Source: Octopus vulgaris (taxonomy: Eukaryota). From it: a stretch of DNA of 64,000 bases. Where the stretch lies: positions 24,924,001 through 24,988,000 of the forward strand of contig OX597838.1 in assembly GCA_951406725.2 (NCBI GenBank), written 5' to 3'. This document shows positions 63,272-64,000 of the stretch, one piece after another; positions within the stretch are counted from its first letter, which is position 1, and every line of letters starts with the position of its first letter. The notes below the pieces were generated by a model. That model was not told the origin of the DNA. It saw only the letters and a list, made by a program, of their open reading frames with translations, and did no database searches. Made by a program: the position numbers and the translations under genes.

Positions 63272-64000
63272 CTCTTTTATTTGTTTCAGTCATTTGACTG
63301 TGGCCATGCTGGAGCACCGCCTTTAGTTGAGCAAATTGACCCCAGGACTTATTCTTTGGAAGCCTAGTACTTATTCTATTGGCCTCTTTTGCCAAACCGG
63401 TAATTTATGGGGACATAAACACACCACAATCGGTTGTCAAGTGATGTTGGGGGGACAAACACAGACACACAAATACACACACACACATATATATATATAT
63501 ATACATATATACGACGGGCTTCTTTCAGTTCCGTTTACTAAATCCACTCACAAGGCTTTGGTCGGTCTGAGGCTATAGTAGAAGACACTTGCCCAAGGTG
63601 CTACGCAGTGGGAATGAACCCGGAACCATATAAGCAAGCTACTTACCACACAGCCACTGTTGCGCCTAAGCTACTTACCACCCAGCCACTCCTGCGCCTA
63701 AGCTACTTACCAAGCAGCCACTCCTGCGCTTATTTATATATATTATATATAAATAGATAGATGTAGATATAAACACACACACGTTTTTGTCTGTGCCTAT
63801 GTTTTGTTTACATCAGTCTAAAACCAATGTTCTTATAAACTTAGTAGTTCAACAAACAGAGATACAGTAGGTATGCCAGAAGCAAAACAAGTTCTGGAGC
63901 AAGTGCGATCAGCTAAAATCCTTGACCGTCTCAGTCCTGTGACCAAAACCAGTATAACCGAATACCACTGGTGGCCAATCTAGTGAAACTGGTTAATTAG

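Overview
AT-rich, microsatellite- and SINE-saturated animal genomic DNA; the repeat families look like those of an octopus (cephalopod). The only recognisable protein-coding gene is a LIM-domain kinase (LIMK) on the minus strand. Three spliced exons at 179-3356 encode the second half of LIM1, all of LIM2 and the start of the PDZ domain; the gene continues beyond the left edge, and the exon for the first zinc finger of LIM1 was not found in the window. Upstream lie several short ATG-bearing exon candidates that all end in phase 2 and would splice in frame into the half-LIM exon; one encodes an N-terminal MCC di-cysteine. The window also holds a tRNA-Leu(CAG) gene, several tRNA-derived SINE families, RTE/CR1/L1-Tx1-like LINE remnants, mariner/hAT/piggyBac-type MITEs, a Helitron-like element, a solo-LTR-like element, a 71-bp minisatellite and long fold-back palindromes. 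Most notable is a short retroelement that joins a tRNA-like Pol III promoter head to a minimal type I hammerhead ribozyme (4 copies), plus a second hammerhead-bearing family with a variant core. Nearly all ORFs in the supplied track are microsatellite or SINE artefacts. All calls were made by eye, without database searches.
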